A stretch of 64,000 bases of DNA, from NCBI GenBank assembly GCA_020720665.1, contig DYOF01000001.1, positions 25,950 to 89,949 of the forward strand, given 5' to 3'. Position 1 is the first letter of the stretch. Each line of letters opens with the position of its first letter. This DNA is from Acetofilamentum sp. (GTDB taxonomy: Bacteria; Bacteroidota; Bacteroidia; Bacteroidales; JAADGE01). Positions 27,601-38,490 of the stretch are shown here, piece by piece. Made by a program: the position numbers and the translations under genes. The notes below the pieces were generated by a model. That model made no database searches. It was not told where the DNA came from and worked only from the letters and a program-made list of their open reading frames with translations.

Positions 27601-30168
27601 TTATGGAAGAGAATTTAAAATTGATTCTAAAGAATATTCATCTGAAACATAAACATCACGGGGTTTACTTCCTTTTGCCGGACCAACGATACCGGCTGCT
27701 TCAAGCTGGTCAACTATTCTGCCGGCTCTGTTGTAACCGATTGAAAGTTTTCTTTGAATCATTGAAGTTGAACCTTGTTGATTCATAACAATTATTTTGG
27801 CTGCTTCGTTAAATAATTCATCACGACTTTCTAAGTCTGTTTCTCCAAATTCATCATCGCTGTCGGTTTCCGGTTCCGGTAAAAAGAAGGGCATCGGATA
27901 AGCTTGTTGTTGTGAAATGTATTGAGTTATTTTTTCTAATTCAGGTGTATCAATGAAAGCACATTGCAGGCGAATTAAATCACTGCCTTGGGTTATTAAC
28001 ATATCTCCTCTTCCGATTAAGCGATTTGCACCCGGACTGTCTAAAATGGTTCGAGAATCAATCATTGATGCAACTCTGAACGCAACACGCGAGGGGAAGT
28101 TTGCTTTAATAACACCGGTTATAATGTTTGTTGACGGACGTTGTGTGGCAACGATTAAATGTATTCCTATAGCTCTTGCTAATTGTGCTAATCGAGCAAT
28201 CGGCAGTTCAATTTCTTTTCCGGCAGTCATTATTAAATCTGCAAATTCATCAATAACCAGAATAATATAAGGTAAATATTTATGTCCTTTTTCGGGGTTG
28301 AGTTTTCGGGCTGTAAACTTGGCATTATATTCTTTAATATTTCTGGTTTGTGCTTTTTTTAATAATTGATATCGATTATCCATTTCGATATTTAACGAAT
28401 TAACGGTGTGTACAACTTCGTGATTATCAGTTATAATAGGTTCTTTTGCATTCGGTAAGGTTGCCAAATAATGGTGTTCCAATTGTTGGTAAAGTGTAAG
28501 TTCTACTTTTTTCGGATCAACTAATACGAACTTAACTTGAGCCGGATGTTTTTTATATAATATTGAGGCAATAATAGCATTTAAACCTACTGATTTTCCT
28601 TGACCTGTAGCACCGGCAACCAACATATGAGGCATCTTTACCAAATCAAATACATAAGCTTCATTTGAAATTGTTTTTCCGAGGGCAATAGGAAGTTCCA
28701 TTTTTGTGTCCTGGAAAGCAGCCGATTTTACTAATGATTTGAATGATACGATATCCGGGTTTTCATTCGGAACTTCAATTCCTATTGTTCCTCTGCCGGG
28801 CATAGGAGCAATAATCCGTATTCCGTGAGCAGCCAAACTAAGAGCTATATCGTCTTCAAGGTTTTTAATTTTAGAAATTCGTACGCCGGGTGCAGGAACA
28901 ATTTCGTATAATGTAAGTGTAGGACCAATTGTAGCTTTAATTTTTTGAATATCAATTTTATAGTCTTTTAGTGTTTCAACAATTCGGTTTTTGTTTCTTA
29001 TTAATTCATCTTTACCTACTTCGGGGTTCCCGGCATGATGGTCTTCAAGTAAATCAATATCAGGCAATACAAAGTTAGAAAGATCCAGGGTCGGATCATA
29101 ATTTCTGAACACGTTGTTCTCAATTGATTCAGACATAACATCATGGTTATGAGTAACATCTAAAGCAAGTTTTCCGTATTGAATTTTATTTAGTTCTTTA
29201 TCAATGTATTCTTGAATTGTTTCATCTTCTTTTTCATCTTCTTCTTTAATTTGATTGTGTTTTTGATTTGTTTGTTCTATTTCGAAACCTAAATCATCGT
29301 GATTTTCAATTTTTTTACCGTCGTCTAAGAGTTTATATTTCTTTTTTTCTGTAATAAGAATTTCATCATCATCGTCATCATCCAAATCAATTATTATTTT
29401 TCTTTCATTCGTCTTTTTATTCAATTCAGGCTTAGAGTCCGTTTCTTTATGAATGCCTTTATCGGCTTTAACAGCCGCTTTTTTTTCTTTAATAAATTCA
29501 TCTTTAAAGCCTGTAAATAATTCAGAAAATTTAAAATTTTTAAATAATTTCTCAAAAAGACCTTTCATTTTATGATTGAAACCGTCAATAACTATCATTA
29601 AAAAAGCCGTGAGTGTAATCATTAAAAAAATTATCTCACCGAAAAAACCAATAATTGATTCAATCCACTCATGCATCGTAAATCCGAACTGCCCGTATAT
29701 TATATCATAATCTTCCTTTCTGTTAAAAATTAATGCAAATGTTACAGATAACCAAAAAACTGAAAAAAATATGTTTTTTGTTATTGTTAATAAAGGTTTT
29801 TTAAATGCATTTAAAAGTTTCAGCCCGATTAAAAAGAATAAAAAAGTAAATAAAAAAGAGGCAATTCCGAACCATTTATAAACAAATATATATGATAACA
29901 GTGCACCGAATTTCCCGGCAATGTTTTCAGAGCTTGCACTTGAGTTAAACAAATAATCAAACCAATTCAAATCAATAATGTCTTGGTCGTCTTTCCATGT
30001 TGAAACAGATGAGCTGAAAGCAATAAATAAGAGAAGGGATATCAAAATAAAAAACATTCCCCACCAGGTTCTGAATTTTTTGTCTTGAATCTTATTTTGA
30101 ATACGGTCTTTAATCGGAACCGCAGCCTTTTTTTTAGTTTTTGATTTTTTTCTTCCCGTTGTTGCCAT
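27601..30168 (-). CDS. ftsK: DNA translocase FtsK/SpoIIIE
   Basis: N-terminal TM segments, acidic linker (DDDDDDE), Walker A GATGQGKSV, Walker B VIDEFADL and a C-terminal gamma winged helix (STSMIQRKLSIGYNRAGRIVDQLE). Confidence 0.9.
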   Translation of the reverse strand: MATTGRKKSKTKKKAAVPIKDRIQNKIQDKKFRTWWGMFFILISLLLFIAFSSSVSTWKDDQDIIDLNWFDYLFNSSASSENIAGKFGALLSYIFVYKWFGIASFLFTFLFFLIGLKLLNAFKKPLLTITKNIFFSVFWLSVTFALIFNRKEDYDIIYGQFGFTMHEWIESIIGFFGEIIFLMITLTAFLMIVIDGFNHKMKGLFEKLFKNFKFSELFTGFKDEFIKEKKAAVKADKGIHKETDSKPELNKKTNERKIIIDLDDDDDDEILITEKKKYKLLDDGKKIENHDDLGFEIEQTNQKHNQIKEEDEKEDETIQEYIDKELNKIQYGKLALDVTHNHDVMSESIENNVFRNYDPTLDLSNFVLPDIDLLEDHHAGNPEVGKDELIRNKNRIVETLKDYKIDIQKIKATIGPTLTLYEIVPAPGVRISKIKNLEDDIALSLAAHGIRIIAPMPGRGTIGIEVPNENPDIVSFKSLVKSAAFQDTKMELPIALGKTISNEAYVFDLVKMPHMLVAGATGQGKSVGLNAIIASILYKKHPAQVKFVLVDPKKVELTLYQQLEHHYLATLPNAKEPIITDNHEVVHTVNSLNIEMDNRYQLLKKAQTRNIKEYNAKFTARKLNPEKGHKYLPYIILVIDEFADLIMTAGKEIELPIARLAQLARAIGIHLIVATQRPSTNIITGVIKANFPSRVAFRVASMIDSRTILDSPGANRLIGRGDMLITQGSDLIRLQCAFIDTPELEKITQYISQQQAYPMPFFLPEPETDSDDEFGETDLESRDELFNEAAKIIVMNQQGSTSMIQRKLSIGYNRAGRIVDQLEAAGIVGPAKGSKPRDVYVSDEYSLESILNSLP

Positions 30169-30293
30169 TAATGTTTTTTTTCAACAAAAACAATACTCAC
30201 AAACTACAAAGGTAAAATTTTTATTGAAAAAATAATTATGCGTGAGAATTAAGTTCTTTAAAATATATTTGTTGCTTAATTGAAAATTGTAAT

Positions 30294-30301
30294 TAATTTT
30301 G
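30294..30301 (+). promoter_or_regulatory. candidate -7 promoter box (TAnnTTTG)
   Basis: TAATTTTG, 32 nt before the ATG at 30333. A second match, TATATTTG, is at 30264-30271. Confidence 0.3.
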
Positions 30302-30332
30302 AAGATTATAATAAATAAAAAAAATTAAAACA

Positions 30333-30803
30333 ATGGGATTATTTTCTTTTAATAAAGATTCCGGTGAAAAGAATACCGGATTAACTGATGAAGCAAGAGC
30401 TTCAGTTATAGAACAAATGATTAAACATTACAATTTGGCAATTGAAGGTTTTAAAATTGAACTTAAAGGAGAGAATGCTAAAGTTTGGGGTGTTGCAAAA
30501 GAGCAAAGTGTAAAAGAGAAGATTATTTTAGCAGTCGGAAATGTGAACGGGGTAGCTACTGTTGATGACTATATTACTGTAGGGAAGGTTGTAAAAGATG
30601 ACAAAGGAAATGAGGAAGTAGAATTAAATCAAGAAGTATCAGAGTTTTATACTGTAAAAAAGGGAGATTCTTTAAGTAAAATATCCAAAGAATTTTATGG
30701 TGATCCTATGAAATACAAAGCTATATTTGAGGCAAATACACCGATGCTTAAAAATCCGGATTTAATTTATCCCGGACAAGTTTTACGAATACCCAAATTA
30801 TAA
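30333..30803 (+). CDS. BON + LysM domain protein (YgaU/Kbp-like)
   Basis: 156 aa with a central BON-like segment (KIILAVGNVNGVATVDD). C-terminal LysM: YTVKKGDSLSKISKEFYGDPMKYKAIFEANTPMLKNPDLIYPGQVLRIP. Confidence 0.75.
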   Translation: MGLFSFNKDSGEKNTGLTDEARASVIEQMIKHYNLAIEGFKIELKGENAKVWGVAKEQSVKEKIILAVGNVNGVATVDDYITVGKVVKDDKGNEEVELNQEVSEFYTVKKGDSLSKISKEFYGDPMKYKAIFEANTPMLKNPDLIYPGQVLRIPKL

Positions 30804-30805
30804 AA

Positions 30806-30839
30806 ATAAAAAAAGCTGTCTGATAAGGCAGCTTTTTTT
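30806..30839. terminator. bidirectional rho-independent terminator
   Basis: AAAAAGCTGTC / GGCAGCTTTTT hairpin (one G-U pair, 6-nt loop), flanked by an A-run and a T-run, between convergent genes. Confidence 0.6.
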
Positions 30840-30859
30840 ATGCTCAAAAACTTATATTA

Positions 30860-31630
30860 TTAATGAATAAATACGTTGAGCCCGCCATACAATAAAGTTC
30901 TTGAGTCGCTTCCGGATATGTATTGATATGCTCCGGCAATATTTGCGTAGCAATCAAAAGAGGATGTTCCTAAAATTCTGTATCCTCCTCTAATAGTTAA
31001 TTCCGAATTTGCAGGTTTTTCAATATTCCAGTCATAAGCTAATCTGAATTCAGGCGAAATCAGTATTTTTCGGTCTGAAAACCCCCAATCAATACCGATA
31101 TAACTTTCATGATACGTTTTCCCTGATTCATCCATTATATACATTAAGCCTTGCCCGATACTCATTTTAAATAATTTTCCGGGAATAATATTAAAGTCGG
31201 CAATAAAATCTAAAAAATCAGTTGAGCCGTATTTGTTTGTAAAATAACTATATCTAAAGTCGCCTGAAATTGCTCCGTAATGTATTTTTAATCGGGGAAC
31301 AAACAGCATTGTGTTGTTAATATCGTTTACAGCACCGGCGTGAACCAAAAGTTCAAAAGATGAAACCGTAGGATTGCTTTTTCCGGAGGATAATAAATTA
31401 GTTTGATATTTTCCGAAGAAAATTCCGGTCAGTTGCATGGCGGTATTCATGCAGGTATTGTTACCCGGATCATTGTTGTTTTTGTCAGTATTTTCTTTCG
31501 GTACATTACCTTCATTATTACTATTTTTATTGCCGCCGTCATCATTTGTTTTTTGAGAAAAAACGAAAGAAGAAGATAATACAACAATTACTATAACACT
31601 AAATAATTTATTCATAATCTGTTTAATCAT
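30860..31630 (-). CDS. secreted hypothetical protein, possible outer-membrane beta-barrel
   Basis: Signal peptide, an Asn/Gly-rich low-complexity segment, then alternating hydrophobic beta-strand-like patterning. No family recognised. Confidence 0.4.
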   Translation of the reverse strand: MIKQIMNKLFSVIVIVVLSSSFVFSQKTNDDGGNKNSNNEGNVPKENTDKNNNDPGNNTCMNTAMQLTGIFFGKYQTNLLSSGKSNPTVSSFELLVHAGAVNDINNTMLFVPRLKIHYGAISGDFRYSYFTNKYGSTDFLDFIADFNIIPGKLFKMSIGQGLMYIMDESGKTYHESYIGIDWGFSDRKILISPEFRLAYDWNIEKPANSELTIRGGYRILGTSSFDCYANIAGAYQYISGSDSRTLLYGGLNVFIH

Positions 31631-31673
31631 AATGCTTATAAATGAATCAAATTTTTATTCAGCTAAAAAATTA

Positions 31674-31681
31674 TAATTTTG
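31674..31681 (+). promoter_or_regulatory. candidate -7 promoter box (TAnnTTTG)
   Basis: TAATTTTG, 24 nt before the ATG at 31705. Confidence 0.35.
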
Positions 31682-31704
31682 TAAAAATATTAAATAATTG
31701 ATGA

Positions 31705-32751
31705 ATGACAAATAAAAACAGAAGAAAAAAAGGAAAGATTATTTTATTCGCAGTGATGATTATTCTCGCTGCATCAGGCTTGTATGCCTATTCAATCTAT
31801 CAGGATATTTTTAAAAGGAACGTTTCGCAAGATGCCTATCTGTACATTCATACAGGGTCTGATTATGAAGACCTTATTAACTCATTGAACTCTTTGAATG
31901 TTGTAACGGATATCAGAACGTTTGAACAAACAGCAAAGCTGAAAAATTTTAGCGAAAAAGTTTATCCGGGCAAATATTTTTTGGAAAAGGGAATGACAAA
32001 TAATGAGTTAATAAATATGTTAAGATCAGGAAAACAAAAACCCGTAAAACTTACATTTAATAATATTGAAACCATCGAAGAATTTTCAGGAAAAATTTCA
32101 CAATTTATTGAAGCCGATTCGGTTGAAATATATGAGCTGCTTACCGATAATGCTATCTTAGAAAAATATCAATTTAGTAGAATTAATATTATCAGTTTAT
32201 TTATTCCGAATACCTATGAATTTTATTGGAACACATCAGCTGAGAAATTTATTGAAAAGATGTATCAGGAATATTCAAATTTTTGGACAGACGAGCGACT
32301 TAAAAAGGCTCAATCATTGAATTTAACAAAACAAGAAGTAGCAACATTAGCCTCAATTGTACAAGCGGAACAAAGAGAACACAGCAGTGAAAAACCAAGA
32401 ATTGCCGGATTATATATTAATCGACTGAGAAGAGGTATGATGCTGCAATCTGACCCGACATTGATATTTGCTTCAGGCGATTTTTCAAAAAAAAGAGTTT
32501 TAAATCGAGATAAAGAAATAGATTCGCCGTATAATACATATAAATATACCGGTTTACCTCCCGGACCGATTAATATGCCTGAAATATCGTCAATTGATGC
32601 AGTATTAAATTATGAAAAAAATGAATTTATTTTTATGTGTGCAAAAGAGAATTTTTCAGGATATCATAATTTTTCTGTAAATGCCAAACAACACGGAATT
32701 TATGCAAGAAGGTATCAAGATGCTTTAAACAGAAAAAAAATTTGGAAATAA
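31705..32751 (+). CDS. mltG: endolytic murein transglycosylase MltG (YceG family)
   Basis: N-terminal TM. YceG blocks LASIVQAEQ, QSDPTLIF, SPYNTYKYTGLPPGPINMP. Confidence 0.85.
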   Translation: MTNKNRRKKGKIILFAVMIILAASGLYAYSIYQDIFKRNVSQDAYLYIHTGSDYEDLINSLNSLNVVTDIRTFEQTAKLKNFSEKVYPGKYFLEKGMTNNELINMLRSGKQKPVKLTFNNIETIEEFSGKISQFIEADSVEIYELLTDNAILEKYQFSRINIISLFIPNTYEFYWNTSAEKFIEKMYQEYSNFWTDERLKKAQSLNLTKQEVATLASIVQAEQREHSSEKPRIAGLYINRLRRGMMLQSDPTLIFASGDFSKKRVLNRDKEIDSPYNTYKYTGLPPGPINMPEISSIDAVLNYEKNEFIFMCAKENFSGYHNFSVNAKQHGIYARRYQDALNRKKIWK

Positions 32752-32757
32752 AATATC

Positions 32758-34014
32758 ATGGAACAAGCCAAAATTAAAATTCAAATTGAATCGGAAATCG
32801 GTGAATTGGAAGGTGTCATTATACACACTCCCGGAAGTGAGCTGGAAAATATGACACCCGAAAATGCTGAACGAGCATTATACAGCGATATTTTAAATTT
32901 ATCGGTTGCTTCGAAAGAATATCAGCAATTAAAAGGTGTTTTAGAAAAAGTTACCAATGTTTTTGAGCTTAAATCATTATTAGCAGATGTTTTTGAAATG
33001 CCGAACGTTAAAAACCTTATGGTTAATCGTATATCAGAAAGTTGCAAAGCTGCCGACGTGAAAAATATATTGTCGGAACAAAACGCTCAAAATTTAGCAG
33101 AATTGTTAATAGAAGGAGTTCCGATGCAGGAAAATAGTTTAACAAATTATTTAGAAAAGAATTATTATCAATTAGAGCCGCTTCACAATTTTTTTTTCAC
33201 ACGTGATGCATCAACAGCAATAAATGATTCAGTATTAATTAATCGTATGGCAAATCCCATAAGAAAGCGTGAGGCAATTATTATGGAAGCCATTTTTGAT
33301 TATCATCCTCAATTTATAGCGAAAACGATAAACCCGAAAAACAGCAGACAATATAACGATAATATTACTACAGAAGGCGGTGATATATTGGTTGCAGGAA
33401 AAGATATTTTATTAATCGGTTCAGGAATTCGTACATCCTCTCAAGGAATTGATTATATTGCATCAAAACTTGAAAGCCGTGAATTTCCCCGACACATTAT
33501 CGTACAAGAATTACCTCGAACACCTGAATCGTTTATTCATTTAGATATGGTTTTTACTCTGTTAGACCGAGATAAGTGTATGGTTTATGAGCCGTTGATT
33601 TTAAAAACAAGCCGTTTTGCAACACTTCATTTAGTTGTAGAAAACGGGAAAATAACATCTATAAAAGAAGTTCCGAATATTCCGTTTATCCTTAATGAGT
33701 TAGGAATGCCTGTTGAACCGATTTTATGCGGAGGTAAAAATCTTCAAAATCAAGAAAGAGAACAATGGCACAGCGGAGCTAATTTTTTTGCAATAGCTCC
33801 GGGAAAAATTATCGGTTATGAACGCAATGTTCATACAATTGAAGAACTTAACAAAAAAGGGTTTTCTGTTTTAAGAGCAAAAGATATAATATCAGGAACT
33901 GAAAAAATTGAAAATCACGAAAAAGTAGTAATAACAATACATGGTTCTGAATTAGCCAGAGGAGGAGGAGGTGCAAGATGTATGACTATGCCGGTCAGAA
34001 GGAAAATATTGTAA
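32758..34014 (+). CDS. arginine deiminase family protein (guanidino-group-modifying enzyme)
   Basis: 418 aa. SEIGELEGVIIHTPGSE, FFFTRDAS, EGGDILV, HLDMVFT and C-terminal catalytic-Cys block RGGGGARCMTMP. No arcB/arcC neighbours. Confidence 0.7.
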   Translation: MEQAKIKIQIESEIGELEGVIIHTPGSELENMTPENAERALYSDILNLSVASKEYQQLKGVLEKVTNVFELKSLLADVFEMPNVKNLMVNRISESCKAADVKNILSEQNAQNLAELLIEGVPMQENSLTNYLEKNYYQLEPLHNFFFTRDASTAINDSVLINRMANPIRKREAIIMEAIFDYHPQFIAKTINPKNSRQYNDNITTEGGDILVAGKDILLIGSGIRTSSQGIDYIASKLESREFPRHIIVQELPRTPESFIHLDMVFTLLDRDKCMVYEPLILKTSRFATLHLVVENGKITSIKEVPNIPFILNELGMPVEPILCGGKNLQNQEREQWHSGANFFAIAPGKIIGYERNVHTIEELNKKGFSVLRAKDIISGTEKIENHEKVVITIHGSELARGGGGARCMTMPVRRKIL

Positions 34015-34019
34015 TTTAA

Positions 34020-35009
34020 TTAGCTGTTTAAAGCATTCCAAATCATGTCTTTAAGTTCAGAAATCCCTTTTTGAGCAACTGAAGAAATAAAAACATACGG
34101 AACAGCGGGCAATTCTTCTTTCATTTCTTCAATCAATCTTTCATCTATCATATCCGATTTTGTCATAGCCAGTATGCGTTGTTTATCAAGCAGTTCCGGG
34201 TTATGCTTTTGTAATTCGTTCAGTAATATATTGTACTCCGATTTAATATTGTCTGTATCAACAGGTATCATAAACAATAAAACTGAGTTTCGTTCAATAT
34301 GTCTTAAAAAACGCAAACCGATTCCTTTTCCTTCGGCTGCTCCTTCAATAATTCCGGGTATATCAGCCATAACAAACGATTGATTGTTACGATATTCAAT
34401 CATTCCCAAATTGGGTGTTAATGTTGTAAATGCATATTCTGCAATTTTAGGTTTCGCAGCTGAAATAACTGAAAGTAAAGTGGATTTACCGGCATTCGGA
34501 AAACCTACTAAGCCTACATCAGCTAAAACTTTAAGTTCAAGTATTATCCAAGCTTCTTCACCTTCTTCACCGGGTTGAGCATATCTGGGCGTTTGATTGG
34601 TAGATGATTTAAAATGAGTATTTCCTAAGCCGCCTCTGCCGGCTTTCATTAAAATTTTTTCTTCATCGTGTTCTGTAATTTCAAATAATACTTCTTCCGA
34701 ATCAGCATATTTTGCAATTGTTCCTAAAGGAACTTCAATTATAACATCCTCTCCTTCGGCACCAAAGCTGTTGCTCTCCGAACCCGGTGTTCCGTTTGGA
34801 GCTACAATATGTTTTTGATATTTTAAATGGAGTAATGTCCATTTATGGCTGTTACCCTTTAGTATGACATGTCCGCCTCGCCCGCCGTCACCTCCGTCAG
34901 GACCGCCCTTTGCGGTCAGCCGGTCTCTTCTTAAGTGCATTGATCCGGCTCCGCCTTTTCCTGCTTTACAAAAAATTTTTACATAGTCAATAAAATTTGA
35001 GTCTGCCAT
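34020..35009 (-). CDS. obg: GTPase Obg/CgtA
   Basis: Gly-rich Obg fold ([12 protein letters not shown]...[12 protein letters not shown]), G1 [10 protein letters not shown]3 DIPG, G4 TKSD. Confidence 0.95.
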   Translation of the reverse strand: MADSNFIDYVKIFCKAGKGGAGSMHLRRDRLTAKGGPDGGDGGRGGHVILKGNSHKWTLLHLKYQKHIVAPNGTPGSESNSFGAEGEDVIIEVPLGTIAKYADSEEVLFEITEHDEEKILMKAGRGGLGNTHFKSSTNQTPRYAQPGEEGEEAWIILELKVLADVGLVGFPNAGKSTLLSVISAAKPKIAEYAFTTLTPNLGMIEYRNNQSFVMADIPGIIEGAAEGKGIGLRFLRHIERNSVLLFMIPVDTDNIKSEYNILLNELQKHNPELLDKQRILAMTKSDMIDERLIEEMKEELPAVPYVFISSVAQKGISELKDMIWNALNS

Positions 35010-35017
35010 CAGAATTG

Positions 35018-35042
35018 TTTTGCAAATTTATAATTTGCAAAA
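35018..35042 (-). promoter_or_regulatory. perfect 11-bp inverted repeat containing a TAnnTTTG box just upstream of obg
   Basis: TTTTGCAAATT-tat-AATTTGCAAAA. On the minus strand it reads ...ATAAATTTGC..., i.e. TAAATTTG at 35023-35030, 14 nt from the obg ATG. Confidence 0.3.
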
Positions 35043-35147
35043 GTAAAAAGTATTTGTTATAAAACACCCGTGTATAAGAATTATTAAGATATAGAGTTAT
35101 AAAGTTAAACCTAAATTAGACCAAATTTAATAACTATGTTTTGAATC

Positions 35148-36326
35148 TTAATTAACATTTTCAATAACTACCGCCGAAGCACCGCCGCCGCCGTTACATA
35201 ATCCGGCAACACCGTATTTAGCATTATTTTGTTTCAAAACATTAATTAGGCTTACTATAATTCTGGAACCGGATGCTCCCAGAGGATGCCCCAATGAAAC
35301 CGCACCTCCGTTTACGTTTACATTATTTTCGTCTAATCCTAATTCTTTTATTCCGGCTAATGCTACTACAGAAAATGCCTCGTTAATTTCATAGTAATCA
35401 ATATCTTCAGCTTTTAATCCGGCTTTTTTAATTGCTTTCGGAATCGCTTTTGCAGGAGCAGTCGTAAACCATTCAGGTGCTTGTGCCGCATCACCGTATC
35501 CGATTAATTTTGCCATCGGTTTTACTCCTAACTCATCTGCTTTTTCTTTGCTCATAAGAATCAAAGCCGCAGCCCCGTCATTTATTGTTGAGGCATTTGC
35601 TGCGGTAACTGTTCCGTCTTTTTGAAAAACCGGTCGTAAGGAAGCAATTTTATCAAATTTCACATTTGTGAATTCTTCATCGGTATCAATTGTTATAACA
35701 CCGTTTCTTGTTGTGATTTCTACAGGTACAATTTCATTTTTAAATTTTCCCGATTCAGTTGCCGCAGCTGAACGCTTATAAGATTGAACGGCATAACGGT
35801 CTTGTTCTTCACGACTTATATTCATTTCTTTTGCACAAAGCTCAGCAGCATTTCCCATATGGTAGTTGTTATAAACATCCCATAATCCGTCTTTAATTAA
35901 TCCGTCAACCAAATTACCGTCGCCTAACTTTATTCCGGTTCGCATACCGGGAACATAATGAGGAATTGAAGACATATTTTCCATACCGCCTGCAACAACT
36001 ATATCGTTGTCACCTAACATAATCGTTTGAGCAGCAATCATAACCGATTTCATTCCGGACGAACAAACTTTATTGATTGTCGTACAAGGAACTTTATTCG
36101 GGATACCGGCAAATATAGCGGCCTGCCTTGCGGGAGCTTGACCTAAATTTGAAGAAATAACATTTCCCATAAATACCTCATCTATAAGATTTACATCCAA
36201 ATTAACAGCTTTAACAGCACCTTTTATTGCAGTTGCCCCTAATTGTGTTGCCGAAATACTCGACAAACCGCCTCCGAAACTCCCTATCGGTGTTCTTACG
36301 GCTGAAACAATATATACTTCTTTCAT
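35148..36326 (-). CDS. acetyl-CoA C-acetyltransferase (thiolase II)
   Basis: 392 aa with active-site Cys block NKVCSSGMKS, NEAFS, GHPLGASG and C-terminal GLCNGGGGASA. Confidence 0.9.
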   Translation of the reverse strand: MKEVYIVSAVRTPIGSFGGGLSSISATQLGATAIKGAVKAVNLDVNLIDEVFMGNVISSNLGQAPARQAAIFAGIPNKVPCTTINKVCSSGMKSVMIAAQTIMLGDNDIVVAGGMENMSSIPHYVPGMRTGIKLGDGNLVDGLIKDGLWDVYNNYHMGNAAELCAKEMNISREEQDRYAVQSYKRSAAATESGKFKNEIVPVEITTRNGVITIDTDEEFTNVKFDKIASLRPVFQKDGTVTAANASTINDGAAALILMSKEKADELGVKPMAKLIGYGDAAQAPEWFTTAPAKAIPKAIKKAGLKAEDIDYYEINEAFSVVALAGIKELGLDENNVNVNGGAVSLGHPLGASGSRIIVSLINVLKQNNAKYGVAGLCNGGGGASAVVIENVN

Positions 36327-36368
36327 TTTGATAGTATTATTTAAAAAAATTGATTAATTCACATCAAA

Positions 36369-36376
36369 CAAATTTA
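36369..36376 (-). promoter_or_regulatory. candidate -7 promoter box (TAnnTTTG) for thiolase gene
   Basis: The minus strand reads TAAATTTG, 43 nt before the ATG at 36326. Confidence 0.3.
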
Positions 36377-36609
36377 ATAATTTATTTCTCGTTATGCAAA
36401 TTCATAATTATTAATAAACTGCCGGTTTAAAGAAAAAATATGTTTAACAATTATTATAATAATTAAACATCCTGACAGACACATTAATACAAGAATGTTC
36501 ATTTTTTATATATTTTATATTTTTTTCATTTTTTATATTTTTTTTATAAATTTACATTTTGGTATTCATTATTATTTAAAATTTTAACAAATTCTCTAAA
36601 ATAAAAGAT

Positions 36610-38481
36610 ATGTTTAAGTTCAAAATGTCATTAGGGGTAAAAATTTCGGTACCCATTATTTTAATAACAACTATACTAATGTTAACCTTGTTATTAATAA
36701 ACTATCAAAGAGTTAAAACACAACATCAAAAATCAATTGACAAATCTTTTGAAAATAAAATGAAAGATATCGACAATAACATCAAAAGAATACAAAATAA
36801 GGCTTTGTGGATAGCGTCAGTATGTTCAAATTTGGATATAGTAAAAAAATCGTATGCTGATTATTATGAAACAGGTGATATAGAGGGCAGTACAAAATCA
36901 CTTGCTAAACAAATGACCCAAATTAGCGAAGCTTTAAAAAGTTATACCGGTGTGCAAGATGCATCCATTCACTTTCACTTGCCGCCCGCTCTGTCTTTTT
37001 ATAGAAGCTTTTCCAAAAAAAAGGGTGATGATTTAAGCAGTTTCAGAAGCACTGTTTTAAAAATATCTGAAATTCACAAACCCGTTGAAGGTATTGAAGT
37101 AGGACGCGGTGGTTTTGTTATCAGAGGTATTGCACCCATATTCAGCGATAACGGACAATTCTACGGCTCCGTTGAAAATTTTTATTCTATTACGGAAATG
37201 GTTAAAGCGGCTAAACTTACAGATAATGAAGATTTTGCTGTTTTTATGAATACCTCATTGTTGAATATTGCTACTGATTTCTTTGAAGAAGGCACAACAA
37301 ATGTGAAAGCCGAAAATCCGATTATCGGAAATTTTATTTTTATCGAATCAACCGCTAAAAATTTTAATGTTAAAAATATTCAAGCCGAGCAATTAAATTC
37401 GGGAATAAAAGAAGTAACAAAATCTCGAACCGGAAATTTTTATTATGCCTATTTTCCGATTTATAATTTTGACAACAAAGCTGAAGGCGTTGGGGTTATA
37501 CAATTTGATATGTCAGAAGCAGAGGCATCAATAACGAATACAAGGTTAACAGTTTATATTTTAAGTATTGCCTTACCGATAGTTATCATCTTTTTGGTAC
37601 TCTTTTTAACAAGAATTTTCATAAGCAGACCAATTTCTACGGTTGTAAATGTTATGGATAAAATTGCAAATAGAGATATTCGTTCAAAAATTACTGCAAC
37701 CACTAATGATGAAATCGGTTATTTGTATCATTCGGTGAATAAAATTGCCGATAGTTATCAAGAAATTATTACAGAACTTACAGAAACTTCAAATACTATT
37801 TACGGAGCATGTGCTCAATTATCAGAAATTGCAGTAAATGTGCATTCAACGTCTGATACCCAATCGGCAACTACCGAGGGAATATCTTCATCAATAGAAG
37901 AAATTTTAGCAACGGTTGAATCAAACACAAAACGAGCAGAAATGACAGGAGAATCTGCAAACAAATCTGCTGCCGGAATTAAAGAAAACAATGCACTTTT
38001 TACACAAGCAATTAATTCTGTTTACGAAATTACTAAGAAAATTGCCATTATTTCTGAAATTGCATCAAAAACAGACATCCTGTCAATAAATGCCGCAATT
38101 GAAGCTGCACACGCCGGCGATACAGGAAAAGGATTTGCCGTTGTTGCCCAAGAAATCAGAAAATTAGCTGATAAAAGTAGAGATGCGGCATCCGATATTG
38201 AGAAAATATCAATAGAAAGTCAAGAAATTTCTAAAGATGCAAGAGAAAAACTTAACAGTATCGTACCGGAAATTGCTGAAAGTGCCGATTTAATTGACAG
38301 TATTGCTGTTGCGAGTAAAGAATTAATTATGAGTATTGAATTGATAAACACGTCTGTTTTAGAATTAGTAGGTTTCAGTCATACAAACACTGTTATCGCT
38401 GAAGAATTGTCTGTTTCTTCTGAAGAACTGCAAGCTCAGGCAGAAGCACTTAAAAATCAAATTTCTACATTTAAAATATAG
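36610..38481 (+). CDS. methyl-accepting chemotaxis protein with large Cache-like periplasmic domain
   Basis: TM1, a ~280-aa periplasmic region ([14 protein letters not shown]...[12 protein letters not shown]...[19 protein letters not shown], which resembles Cache_3/Cache_2-type sensors), TM2, HAMP and the signalling hairpin [38 protein letters not shown]. Confidence 0.9.
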   Translation: MFKFKMSLGVKISVPIILITTILMLTLLLINYQRVKTQHQKSIDKSFENKMKDIDNNIKRIQNKALWIASVCSNLDIVKKSYADYYETGDIEGSTKSLAKQMTQISEALKSYTGVQDASIHFHLPPALSFYRSFSKKKGDDLSSFRSTVLKISEIHKPVEGIEVGRGGFVIRGIAPIFSDNGQFYGSVENFYSITEMVKAAKLTDNEDFAVFMNTSLLNIATDFFEEGTTNVKAENPIIGNFIFIESTAKNFNVKNIQAEQLNSGIKEVTKSRTGNFYYAYFPIYNFDNKAEGVGVIQFDMSEAEASITNTRLTVYILSIALPIVIIFLVLFLTRIFISRPISTVVNVMDKIANRDIRSKITATTNDEIGYLYHSVNKIADSYQEIITELTETSNTIYGACAQLSEIAVNVHSTSDTQSATTEGISSSIEEILATVESNTKRAEMTGESANKSAAGIKENNALFTQAINSVYEITKKIAIISEIASKTDILSINAAIEAAHAGDTGKGFAVVAQEIRKLADKSRDAASDIEKISIESQEISKDAREKLNSIVPEIAESADLIDSIAVASKELIMSIELINTSVLELVGFSHTNTVIAEELSVSSEELQAQAEALKNQISTFKI

Positions 38482-38490
38482 ATTTATACC

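Noticed and set aside
36500-36550. Repeated cattttttatat / tttttatat units upstream of the MCP gene, considered as a CRISPR-like or tandem-repeat element
   Set aside because: There are only two 12-nt copies (36500 and 36527) within pure A/T low-complexity sequence. There are no spacers of defined length and no further copies. This is ordinary AT-rich promoter DNA. The imperfect AT palindrome at 36440-36470 was dismissed likewise.
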